This document shows, in pieces, positions 10,024-17,860 of a stretch of 64,000 bases of DNA; within the stretch, counting starts at the first letter, position 1, and each line of letters opens with the position of its first letter. The DNA is from an uncultured Thermoplasmata archaeon. Lineage in GTDB: Archaea; Thermoplasmatota; Thermoplasmata; Lutacidiplasmatales; UBA184. The notes under the pieces are model-generated. The model saw nothing but the letters and a program-made list of their open reading frames with translations, was not told the origin of the DNA and ran no database searches. The DNA is taken from contig CAVQKI010000001.1 in NCBI GenBank assembly GCA_963713145.1, positions 26,479 to 90,478 on the forward strand, written 5' to 3'. The translations under genes and the position numbers were made by a program.

Positions 10024-10782
10024 TCAACCGGGCCGTGCGCGGACGTCACAGACCTCCGCCCAAGAGCACCGCCCGCATCGGCCCGGGCTCGGCGTCGCCC
10101 GTCCGTCGTACCTCGCCCGGACCGCGCGGTCGATGGCGAGGAGCTCGGTCCGGGCGGTCGCGTTCCAGGGGACCCGAATCTCCCGGTCCGTGTAGCGCAG
10201 CACACCGAACGCCGGCGACCGGCCAGTCGTATCCTCTACGAGCAGGCAGTACGCCCACACCTGGACGACGTGCGACGGGAAGGGACCGCGCGCCGGCGTC
10301 GCCCGGTGCTTCAGCTCGATCGGGACCAGCGTCCCATCGGGCGCGCGACGCAGGATGTCGGGGCGGCCCGAGATACGGTACCGTTCCGAACGTAGGGTCT
10401 CCGGCGCCGGCGTCGATCGCGACCAGGGACCCTAACCGACGGTCGCGGCGCCGGTGCGCGAGCAGCCCGGCCCCTGCCGCGAGTACGGCCAGGCCCACGA
10501 GGAGCGCGGTGAGGGCGAGGAGGGAGATCACCGCCACAGGAAGACCGCCAGCGCCCCGAGTACCAGCAGCGCGCCGATCCCGACGAGGGCCCAGTACCGC
10601 CGACCCGTGCGCCGAACGGCGGAGCTCACCGCCGAGCGTCCGTGAGTGATACCTCTCTCCCGCCACCGCGCTCCGGCTCGGCGCGGCCGACCCGTACGTC
10701 TGTCGGTAGTGGTGCGCGCGCGGACAGTGCACGTGTACTCGGCGAGTTCGGACGGGGTCGTCCAGCGCTCCTCGGGCCGCAC
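10024..10782 (-). CDS. Cas4/RecB-like PD-(D/E)xK nuclease with internal transmembrane segment(s); several frame changes
   Basis: The pieces lie in three frames. They are SELAEYT / HCPRAHHY (N-terminal Cys), hydrophobic stretches YWALVGIGALLVLGALAVFL and VAVISLLALTALLVGLAVLAAGAGLLA, the core ISGRPDIL...LVPIELKH...QVWAYCLL, and the C-terminal CGRCSWAEVC (CxxCx5C). Confidence 0.55.
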
Positions 10783-10848
10783 GCGCGAGGAACGCGTCGC
10801 GCTCGGACTTACCGATTCCGTTGGAGGCGCACGCCGCCCGACCCGCGC

Positions 10849-11280
10849 CTAGGCGTCGTCGGCCGCGTCCGAGGCCTTCGCCTTGGGCTTCGGCTTGCGC
10901 GGTCGCGGCGTCTTGGCCGCGTCGGCCTTCGCTTCGGCGGACGCCTTCGCCCGCGCCGGAGCCTCGGGGGCCGGGGTCTCCTTGGCCGCGGGAGCCGGCT
11001 CCTTGGGGGCGGGAGCGGCCTTCGGCGACGCGGCCGCCCCGGGGCGGGTCTTGGGTCCAGCCGCCGATGCGCGCACGCTCGCCGAGCGCTCGGCGGCCTT
11101 CTTCAGCTCATACGCGCGGGTCCACTTGAACCGGTGGCCGACGCGTCCCAGCTTCAGCTGCTGCTTGCGGCACGACGAGGTGCAGAAATGGAAGACGGTC
11201 CCGTCGCGCTTCACGAACATCGACCCGGTGCCGGGTTCGATCTCCCGGGAGCAGAACGAGCACTGGCGCTTGACCACCAT
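10849..11280 (-). CDS. rpl24e: 50S ribosomal protein L24e with a long Ala/Lys/Pro-rich C-terminal tail
   Basis: The N-terminal ~60 aa are a C4 zinc ribbon (CSFCSREIEPG...HFCTSSCRK). They are followed by ~80 aa of AKP-rich low-complexity sequence. Confidence 0.85.
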   Translation of the reverse strand: MVVKRQCSFCSREIEPGTGSMFVKRDGTVFHFCTSSCRKQQLKLGRVGHRFKWTRAYELKKAAERSASVRASAAGPKTRPGAAASPKAAPAPKEPAPAAKETPAPEAPARAKASAEAKADAAKTPRPRKPKPKAKASDAADDA

Positions 11281-11290
11281 GGGAACGTTC

Positions 11291-11503
11291 CTACCTGACC
11301 GATAGCTTTCGGGCTTCGCGCGCGGTTTCTCGAAGGATCAGGACGTCACCCAGGCGGATTGGGCCCGCCACGTTCCGTGTGATGATCTTGCCGCGGTCGC
11401 GGCCCGCGAGAACGCGCACCTTGACCTGCGTCGCCTCGCCCGCCATCCCGGTGCGGCCTACCAGTTCGACGACCTCGGCCGGCGAGCCCTTCTCTTCCGC
11501 CAT
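11291..11503 (-). CDS. rps28e: 30S ribosomal protein S28e
   Basis: 70 aa: [51 protein letters not shown]. Confidence 0.9.
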   Translation of the reverse strand: MAEEKGSPAEVVELVGRTGMAGEATQVKVRVLAGRDRGKIITRNVAGPIRLGDVLILRETAREARKLSVR

Positions 11504-11528
11504 CGACGATCCCTTGCCCGAACGGGGC

Positions 11529-11900
11529 TCACTTCTTCAGCGTCGGGAACGCTGCCGCGATCTCATCGAGCAGGACCTTTGCCTCGCCGGGCTCGACGAT
11601 CGCCACGCTCGCCGCCGACTTCGAGAGCCCGGCGGCCTGGCCGAGCCTCAACTTCTTCGGGACGTAGACGTACGGGATGCGCTTCTCCTCGCACAGCATC
11701 GGTACGTGGACCAGGATCTCGACCGGGTCGACGTCCTCCGCCATCACGATGAGCTTCGCTTCCGCGCGCTCGCTCGATTTGGTCACTTCGTTCGTGCCGA
11801 CGCGGATCTTGCCCGTCTCGCTCGCCACCTGGACGAGCTGGAGCACCTTGTCGGCCAGGTCGCTCGGGGTCTCAAACCGTACGTAGATAGGTCGCGCCAT
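11529..11900 (-). CDS. rpl7ae: 50S ribosomal protein L7Ae (kink-turn binding)
   Basis: 123 aa with [25 protein letters not shown]...IPYVYV. Confidence 0.95.
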   Translation of the reverse strand: MARPIYVRFETPSDLADKVLQLVQVASETGKIRVGTNEVTKSSERAEAKLIVMAEDVDPVEILVHVPMLCEEKRIPYVYVPKKLRLGQAAGLSKSAASVAIVEPGEAKVLLDEIAAAFPTLKK

Positions 11901-11972
11901 GGTTCCTCGCGTCAGCGGAACCCCCGAACGGGGGGTCCTCGGCTCACGGGTAGGGCCCGCCTACGGCCTGCG

Positions 11973-13055
11973 CTATTTAACGCTAGTAGGGGCGGCGGAG
12001 CGGAACTCGGCGCTCGAAAGCTCCGGGTGCGCCGCGAAGTAGCGGCGTGCGGGAGCGATCAGCCGGTCGAGGGAGGCGACCACCGCGCCCTTCAGGTCCT
12101 GGGGGTGGAGTCGCCCCTCGGTCCACGCCGCCAGGAACGCCGGCTCGTCCGCGAACTCGACCGACCCGCCGTGCTTCGCCGCCCGCTCGACCGTCAGGCG
12201 ACCCTCCCACGGGAAGACGATGAAGCGGACGATCTCCACGACCGGGTTCCCCTCGACTTCCTTCACGGGGCAGAACGCGGCCGCGATGCGTGCGGCGATC
12301 TCGTCCCGTTCCGAGGGGATCGGGGCCCCCGAGCCCGGGTCCGATTTCGACATCTTTCCCTCGACAAGCCCGTCGGTCGGGTCCATGCGGCCCCCGCCGC
12401 GCAGGGACGAGAGGAGCGGCGTGTGGACCGCGGCCGGCACCGGCCAGCCGTAGTGATGGGCCACCTCGCGCGCGAGGACGTGCGCCCGGCGCTGGTCGAG
12501 CCCGCCGTAGGCTAGGTCCACGGGCAGCTCGAAGATGTCTGCCGCCTGCATCGAGGGGTAGAACAGCTTCGAGCTGTCGAGGTTCGACTCCTCCTCGCTC
12601 CGACCCATGATCGACATCGCCCGCTTCGTGCGCGCGAGGCTGGTCGCCTTCGCGACCCGGACGACCCGAGCCCAGTACGCCGACGAGCCCGTGAGCTCGT
12701 GCGCCCAGCGGAACGAGACGCGCTGCGGGTCGGCGCCGAGGGCCGTGAACGCGGCCTGCATGTACCGGCCGCACGCCTCGATCCGGGCGAGGTCGCCGTC
12801 GAGCTTGTCGTTGATCCACGCGTGCCAGTCGGCGAGGAACACGGTGACGTGGCACCCCGCGTCCGCCAGGTCGATGATCTTGCGGGCGGTGATGAGATGG
12901 GCGATCGTGAGCGAGCCGGACGGCTCGAACCCGATGTACGCCCGGGGCCGCTCCGTCCGGGCGAAGAGGGCCCGGATCTCCTCCGTCGTGAGGACCTCGG
13001 CCGTGTTCCGGACTACCCGGTCGACGCGTGCTTCGACGTCCACGTCACTCCTCAC
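11973..13055 (-). CDS. tyrS: tyrosine--tRNA ligase (archaeal type)
   Basis: 360 aa, collinear with archaeal TyrRS (AYIGFEPSG, FLADWHA, YPSMQAADI, GGLDQRR, KMSKS, VEGNPV). Confidence 0.85.
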   Translation of the reverse strand: MRSDVDVEARVDRVVRNTAEVLTTEEIRALFARTERPRAYIGFEPSGSLTIAHLITARKIIDLADAGCHVTVFLADWHAWINDKLDGDLARIEACGRYMQAAFTALGADPQRVSFRWAHELTGSSAYWARVVRVAKATSLARTKRAMSIMGRSEEESNLDSSKLFYPSMQAADIFELPVDLAYGGLDQRRAHVLAREVAHHYGWPVPAAVHTPLLSSLRGGGRMDPTDGLVEGKMSKSDPGSGAPIPSERDEIAARIAAAFCPVKEVEGNPVVEIVRFIVFPWEGRLTVERAAKHGGSVEFADEPAFLAAWTEGRLHPQDLKGAVVASLDRLIAPARRYFAAHPELSSAEFRSAAPTSVK

Positions 13056-13120
13056 CTCCCCCCGTATTTAGGCCGTGGCGCGGCGCCGGGGCGGCCGGAA
13101 GGGCCTTCGCCTGACGGAGA

Positions 13121-13130
13121 CATATATTAT
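13121..13130 (+). promoter_or_regulatory. TATA-like box upstream of the 13164 gene
   Basis: CATATATTAT lies in an otherwise G+C-rich tyrS/13164 divergent intergenic region, about 35-40 nt before the ATG. Confidence 0.4.
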
Positions 13131-13163
13131 GACCTCACGCCGCGCTAGTCCTCTCCTCGGTTC

Positions 13164-15452
13164 ATGGACGGCGCGACGGGGGGGGCGATGGCGGCTCCGG
13201 AAGGCACCTCGTTCGGGGCCGACGACCTCGCTCGGGCCCTCGGGCTTTCCCGGGGCACCGCGCAGCGCCTCGTCGACGCTGGGTACGCAAGTGCCCTCGC
13301 CGTCCGGGAGCTCTCGACCGAGACCCTCGACCGGCTGGGCGTGACCCCCGAGGAGCGGGACGCCATCCGGCGCAGCTCACCCTCCCCTTCGCCGGAGGCG
13401 GCCCCCGTGCCGGTCGCTCCCCGGGTCGACCCGTCCGCCTCGCCGAACGCCGACCAGATCGTCGAGCGATGGGTCGGGAACGTCCAGCGGGCGGACCGGG
13501 GGAGAAAGCGCCGGCTCCCCACGGCCGCGAAAGGTTCCACCGACGTGCTGCGGAAGTGGGTGGACGGCGACGACCGTGCGATGGAGGACTGGATCCGGTC
13601 CTCCGACACCGAGCGTCCCGCCCCCGTGGCCCCGGCTCCCCCGACCGTCGCCGGAACAGAGGAAGGGGCTCTGCTGCCCCGCACCGCCGAGCCCGGGGGT
13701 TTGCCGACGGTCAGCGAGCGGGAGGAGACTGTCGTCCGGTGGCTCACCGGCCTCCTCGACCGCGTGAAGTCCGACCAGTTCGACCCTTCCTCGATGATCC
13801 AGGAGGTCCAGGACCTCCAGCGGCAGCTCTACGACGAGCGGACGAAGCGCAAGCAGCTCGAGGACCAGGTCGAGCACGTCAAGCGCGGCTCGATCGCCGT
13901 CATCAAGTACGTCCGGTCGAGGGAAGCGAAGGAGCGCGAGCTCGCCGTGCGGGCCAAGGAGGCGGAGGTCGCCGACCTGAAGCTTAGGCTGACCGCCCTG
14001 AACGGCTCCCCCGGCGGCCCCGGAACCCTCCCCGCGGCCTCGTCCGGAGACGGCGTCCCCTCGTCGGCCTCGGACCCCGGCGCCGTCGAGCGGGCGATCC
14101 GCGACACCGAGCTTCGCCTCCGCAACGAGTTCTCCGACCATGAACACCAGTTCATCGAACGGGAGACGGAGCTCCGCCGCCGGGTCGTCCAGCTGGAAGG
14201 CGAGATCCGGAGCCTCTCGAGCGTGGCCCAGCAGGCGGAGGGCCGGGCCGAGCTCGTCGGAAAGCAGGGAAGCCCCATCGCCGAGGACGTGACCCGGCGG
14301 CTGGAGGAGCTCACCCAGAAGGAGCGGGACCTGGTCGCCCGGGAGAACGAGCTCCGCGCGAAGTTCGAGGAGATCCGTATCAACGCCGAGGAGGTCGAGC
14401 GGCGGCGGGGCCCGCTCGAGTTCAAGGAACGGGAGCTCGCCGTCTACGACCAGCAGTTGCAGACTCGCCGCCAGGCGCTCGACATCGAGGCGCGACGCCT
14501 CGAGGAGCAACGCCGGGAGGCGGGGGTCGGCGGTGTCGCGAAGACGAGCGAGGCCGTCCGCCTCGACGACATGCGCCACGAGCTCGCCAAGAAGGAGGCC
14601 GAACTGCGCGCGCGCGAGACCCAGCTCCAGGACCAGGTCCGGGAGCTCGAGAAGCTCGCCGGCCGGGCGGCCGAGGCGGAGGCCGACCAGATGCATGCCG
14701 ACAACGTCGCCGCGGCGGAGTCCCCCAAGGTCCGGAGCGGCGTCCGACGGCTCGACGACCTGCTCTTCGGAGGGTTCGCGCCGGGGACCCAGATCCTGCT
14801 CAACGGTCCTGCGCATACCGGAAAGGACGTCCTCGCGCGGTTGTTCTCGACGGAGGGTCTGCGCGTCGGGATCCCCTCGCTTTGGGTGGTCACGGACAAG
14901 AGCTACGGCCAGGTCCGGGACGACCTCGCGGCGCTCTACCCCGGCCTGGCGGACGCCGAGAAGAAGGGGATGCTACGGTTCGTCGACCTCTACTCGCTCT
15001 CGGTCGGGTCGTCGGCGCCGGTGCCGGGCGTGCGCTTCCTCTCCTCGACCGGCAAGGCGGTCCTCGACCAGCTCGCCCAGAGCGTGAACGGGTTCGGCGA
15101 GGAGCTCAAGGCGAAGTTCTCGACGTACCGGCTCATCTTCGAGTCGGTGTCGACCATCACGGCGTACCTCGACACGGCGTCCACGTTCCGGTTCCTCCAG
15201 CCGTTCGTGGGACGCCGCAAGCTCGACGGGGCCGTCGGCTACTATGTCCTCGAGAGCGGCATGCACTCGGAGTCGGACCTCGAGACGTTGGAGCACATGG
15301 TCGACGGGTCGCTGAACCTGAAGATCGACCAGATGAAGACGTTCCTTTCGGTCCGCGGGATCGGCGAGGCCCAGGCGCGGAGCTGGGTCGGCTACACGTT
15401 CACGAAGCGCTCGTTCAACCTCGGCTCGTTCAGTCTCGAGCACATCCGCTGA
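13164..15452 (+). CDS. HhH domain / long coiled coil / KaiC-RadA-like P-loop ATPase domain protein
   Basis: 762-aa intact ORF. N-terminal HhH-like LARALGLSRGTAQRLVDAGYASALAVRELS. Residues ~190-540 are heptad-rich and E/R/L/Q-rich. C-terminus: RRLDDLLFGGFAPGTQILLNGPAHTGKDVLARLF (KaiC-type Walker A with D after GK) and YRLIFESVS (Walker B-like). Confidence 0.7.
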   Translation: MDGATGGAMAAPEGTSFGADDLARALGLSRGTAQRLVDAGYASALAVRELSTETLDRLGVTPEERDAIRRSSPSPSPEAAPVPVAPRVDPSASPNADQIVERWVGNVQRADRGRKRRLPTAAKGSTDVLRKWVDGDDRAMEDWIRSSDTERPAPVAPAPPTVAGTEEGALLPRTAEPGGLPTVSEREETVVRWLTGLLDRVKSDQFDPSSMIQEVQDLQRQLYDERTKRKQLEDQVEHVKRGSIAVIKYVRSREAKERELAVRAKEAEVADLKLRLTALNGSPGGPGTLPAASSGDGVPSSASDPGAVERAIRDTELRLRNEFSDHEHQFIERETELRRRVVQLEGEIRSLSSVAQQAEGRAELVGKQGSPIAEDVTRRLEELTQKERDLVARENELRAKFEEIRINAEEVERRRGPLEFKERELAVYDQQLQTRRQALDIEARRLEEQRREAGVGGVAKTSEAVRLDDMRHELAKKEAELRARETQLQDQVRELEKLAGRAAEAEADQMHADNVAAAESPKVRSGVRRLDDLLFGGFAPGTQILLNGPAHTGKDVLARLFSTEGLRVGIPSLWVVTDKSYGQVRDDLAALYPGLADAEKKGMLRFVDLYSLSVGSSAPVPGVRFLSSTGKAVLDQLAQSVNGFGEELKAKFSTYRLIFESVSTITAYLDTASTFRFLQPFVGRRKLDGAVGYYVLESGMHSESDLETLEHMVDGSLNLKIDQMKTFLSVRGIGEAQARSWVGYTFTKRSFNLGSFSLEHIR

Positions 15453-15535
15453 GCCCGCGCCTCCGCTCCACGCCCTCCGGAGCGCGGTTTCGCCCCCTGC
15501 CAAGAGCTATGTAGAGGGCGCCCGTCGGTCTCTTC

Positions 15536-15846
15536 GCTAGGCTAGACCGGGGGGTTGGGCGTCCCCTTACACACCGAAACCGTCCTTAGCGGGGGTGACA
15601 GGCAGGAGCGACGTTCGGAGGAGTCGCGCGTCCCGCGTGGCTTCGCAGAAGCTCTGTTCCGCCGGGCCGCGGGCCCCGCGACGAGCGCTCGGAGGAGCGC
15701 CCTAGCGGGTATCCATCACGGGCATCGGGTCAGGTCCTGACGGGAGCAGCCTTACCGTGACCCGTCGACGCTGGCGGGGTGACGGGGCCGAGGAGCGCGC
15801 GAGATCTACGGGCGATTCGTCCGGGCGGCAATCCTGCTGGCCTAGC
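15536..15846 (+). ncRNA. signal recognition particle (7S) RNA, archaeal type; ends approximate (+/-25 nt)
   Basis: Alu-domain consensus GCUAGGCUAGACCGGGGGGUUGGGCGUCCCCUUACACACCGAAACCG. Helix-8 motif GGGUCAGGUCCUGACGGGAGCAGCC at about 15727-15751. The 3' GCCUAGC (15840-15846) pairs with the 5' GCUAGGC (15536-15542). It lies in a 560-nt gene-free gap. Confidence 0.75.
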
Positions 15847-16014
15847 ACCCCGCGGGGCCGGTCCGCCTTTCGTTCCGGGTAGAACGCCCGTCGAACGGAG
15901 ACGAGGACCGAGACACCCCCACCCCCCTGCTTCCAATGCAGCTATTTCCCAGGGGCAGGCCACCCCTCGCTCGTCGCCTCGACCGCGTCGCGCTCGAGCA
16001 CGGCCCGGCGTGCG

Positions 16015-16398
16015 TCAGGGATAGGTTTCTTGGAGCCGGGACCTGTAGTCGTAGCAGACGATGACGGTCCGACCTAGCGCGGTCAGGGTACCGGTCTTCA
16101 CGTCGGAGAAGCGGTAGAGGAATGTGAAGCTCGTCCGGCCCGGAGGACGTGCCGGAGCGATCTCTCCGAGCAGTTCGGCCCCGTACCCTACCGGTGCGAG
16201 GTAGCGACAGGAGGCTTCGGCGATGATGATGTCGAGAGAGGTAGGGTCGGTAGAGGAGAGTAGAGGGAGGTAGTAGTCGCAACGGAGGGTCTCCATCATC
16301 GGAAAGTACGCGGCGTGGTTGAGGTGGTTGAGCACGTCGAGATCGTGGTACGTGACGTAGAACCGACGACGAACCCTCCACGCTCCTGTACCGGACAC
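16015..16398 (-). CDS. hotdog-fold acyl-CoA thioesterase (4HBT/YbgC-like)
   Basis: 127 aa. YHDLDVLNHLNHAAYFPMMETLR matches the 4HBT catalytic-Asp region, and the size is right. Confidence 0.65.
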   Translation of the reverse strand: MSGTGAWRVRRRFYVTYHDLDVLNHLNHAAYFPMMETLRCDYYLPLLSSTDPTSLDIIIAEASCRYLAPVGYGAELLGEIAPARPPGRTSFTFLYRFSDVKTGTLTALGRTVIVCYDYRSRLQETYP

Positions 16399-16483
16399 GG
16401 GCCCTTACCTCGACTACCGACTGTCCCACTCCCTATTATGGCCTCAAGAGGCTGACGGCGCTGCTCCGCGAGCGCACGCGGGG

Positions 16484-17860
16484 GTGGGTGCCATGGCGCC
16501 GAGCTCGAGTGGAAGTGGGGGGGTGGGGGCGTCCCCCGACCCGGCCACCACCCCGGGCCCCGGTGAGATGGCCACGGTCGTACGCCAGATCCGGGAGACG
16601 GTCCGACGCCACTCGGCGCGGTTCGAGCGGTCGATCCCGCTGATCGCGAGCGAGAACCTGCTCTCACCGTACGCGAAGGAGCTCCTGATCTCGGACTTCC
16701 ACTCCCGCTACGCCGAAGGGCTGGTGGGCGACCGGTACTACGAGGGGAACGAGCAGGTCGACGAGGTTGAGACGATCTGTCTCGACCTCGCCCGGCGCCT
16801 GTTCCGGTGCTCCTTCGCGGACGTCCGCCCCATCTCGGGGACGGTCGCGAACCTCGCCGTGCTGAAGGCGCTCACCGAACCGGGTGACCTGGTCGCCACG
16901 AGTCGCCTCGCCGACGGGGCGCACATCTCGAGCGCCGCGTTCGGAGCGTTCGGCCTACGCAACGTCCGTCCGGTCTACTACGCGTGGGATTCGGAGAAGA
17001 TGTCGATCGACGTCCCGCGCACGCGCGAGATCCTGCGGGCCGTCCGCCCGAAGACGTGCCTGTTCGGCCTGTCGCTGTTCCTCTTCCCGCTCCCGATCGA
17101 CGAGCTCCGGTCGACGATGGAGGAGATCGGCGCCCGGGGGTGGTACGACGGTGCCCACGTGCTCGGCCTCATCGCCGGCGGGCAGTTCCAGGACCCCCTG
17201 AGGGAGGGGTGCGTCGTGATGAGCGCTTCCACGCACAAGACGCTCCCCGGCCCGCAGCACGGCATCCTTCTCGGCCAGACCGAAGACCCGGAGCTGGTGC
17301 GCCGCCTCCAGTCGGGAGCGTTTCCCGGCGTCACCAGCAACCACCATCTGAACGCCATGGCGGCGCTCGCGGTGAGTCTCGCCGAGCATCTCGAGTTCGG
17401 GCGGGAGTACGCCCGACGGACGATCGCCAACGCCCGGGCGCTCGCCCAGGCGCTCCACGACCGGGGGTTCGACGTCCTGGCTGCCGACCTCGGGTTCACT
17501 CGGTCTCACACCCTCGCCGTTCGGGTGGACTCGGAAGGTGGCGGGGCCCCCGTAGCTCGCCGCCTGGCGGACGCCGGGATCATCGCGAACAAGAACCTCC
17601 TGCCGGGCGACAAGAGCCCGAAGCAGCCCGGCGGGGTCCGCCTCGGCACGCCCGAGGTGACCCGTCTGGGGATGGGCGAGGCCGAGATGGTCCGGATCGC
17701 CGAGCTGTTCGACGACCTCCTGCACCGCGGGCGGAGCGTCGAGGAGGTTTCGGCCCGGGCGGCCGAGCTGAAGAAGGGGTTCACGACGCTGCGTTACTGC
17801 TTCGGGGCGGGCGAATCCGCCTACCGGGACTACGACCTCGTCGGCCGGGACCCGTCCTAG
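16484..17860 (+). CDS. glyA: serine hydroxymethyltransferase
   Basis: Carries LIASENLLSP, the STHKTLPGPQ PLP-lysine motif and archaeal SHMT length. The true start may be the ATG at 16568 (MATVVRQIRE). Confidence 0.9.
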   Translation: MGAMAPSSSGSGGVGASPDPATTPGPGEMATVVRQIRETVRRHSARFERSIPLIASENLLSPYAKELLISDFHSRYAEGLVGDRYYEGNEQVDEVETICLDLARRLFRCSFADVRPISGTVANLAVLKALTEPGDLVATSRLADGAHISSAAFGAFGLRNVRPVYYAWDSEKMSIDVPRTREILRAVRPKTCLFGLSLFLFPLPIDELRSTMEEIGARGWYDGAHVLGLIAGGQFQDPLREGCVVMSASTHKTLPGPQHGILLGQTEDPELVRRLQSGAFPGVTSNHHLNAMAALAVSLAEHLEFGREYARRTIANARALAQALHDRGFDVLAADLGFTRSHTLAVRVDSEGGGAPVARRLADAGIIANKNLLPGDKSPKQPGGVRLGTPEVTRLGMGEAEMVRIAELFDDLLHRGRSVEEVSARAAELKKGFTTLRYCFGAGESAYRDYDLVGRDPS

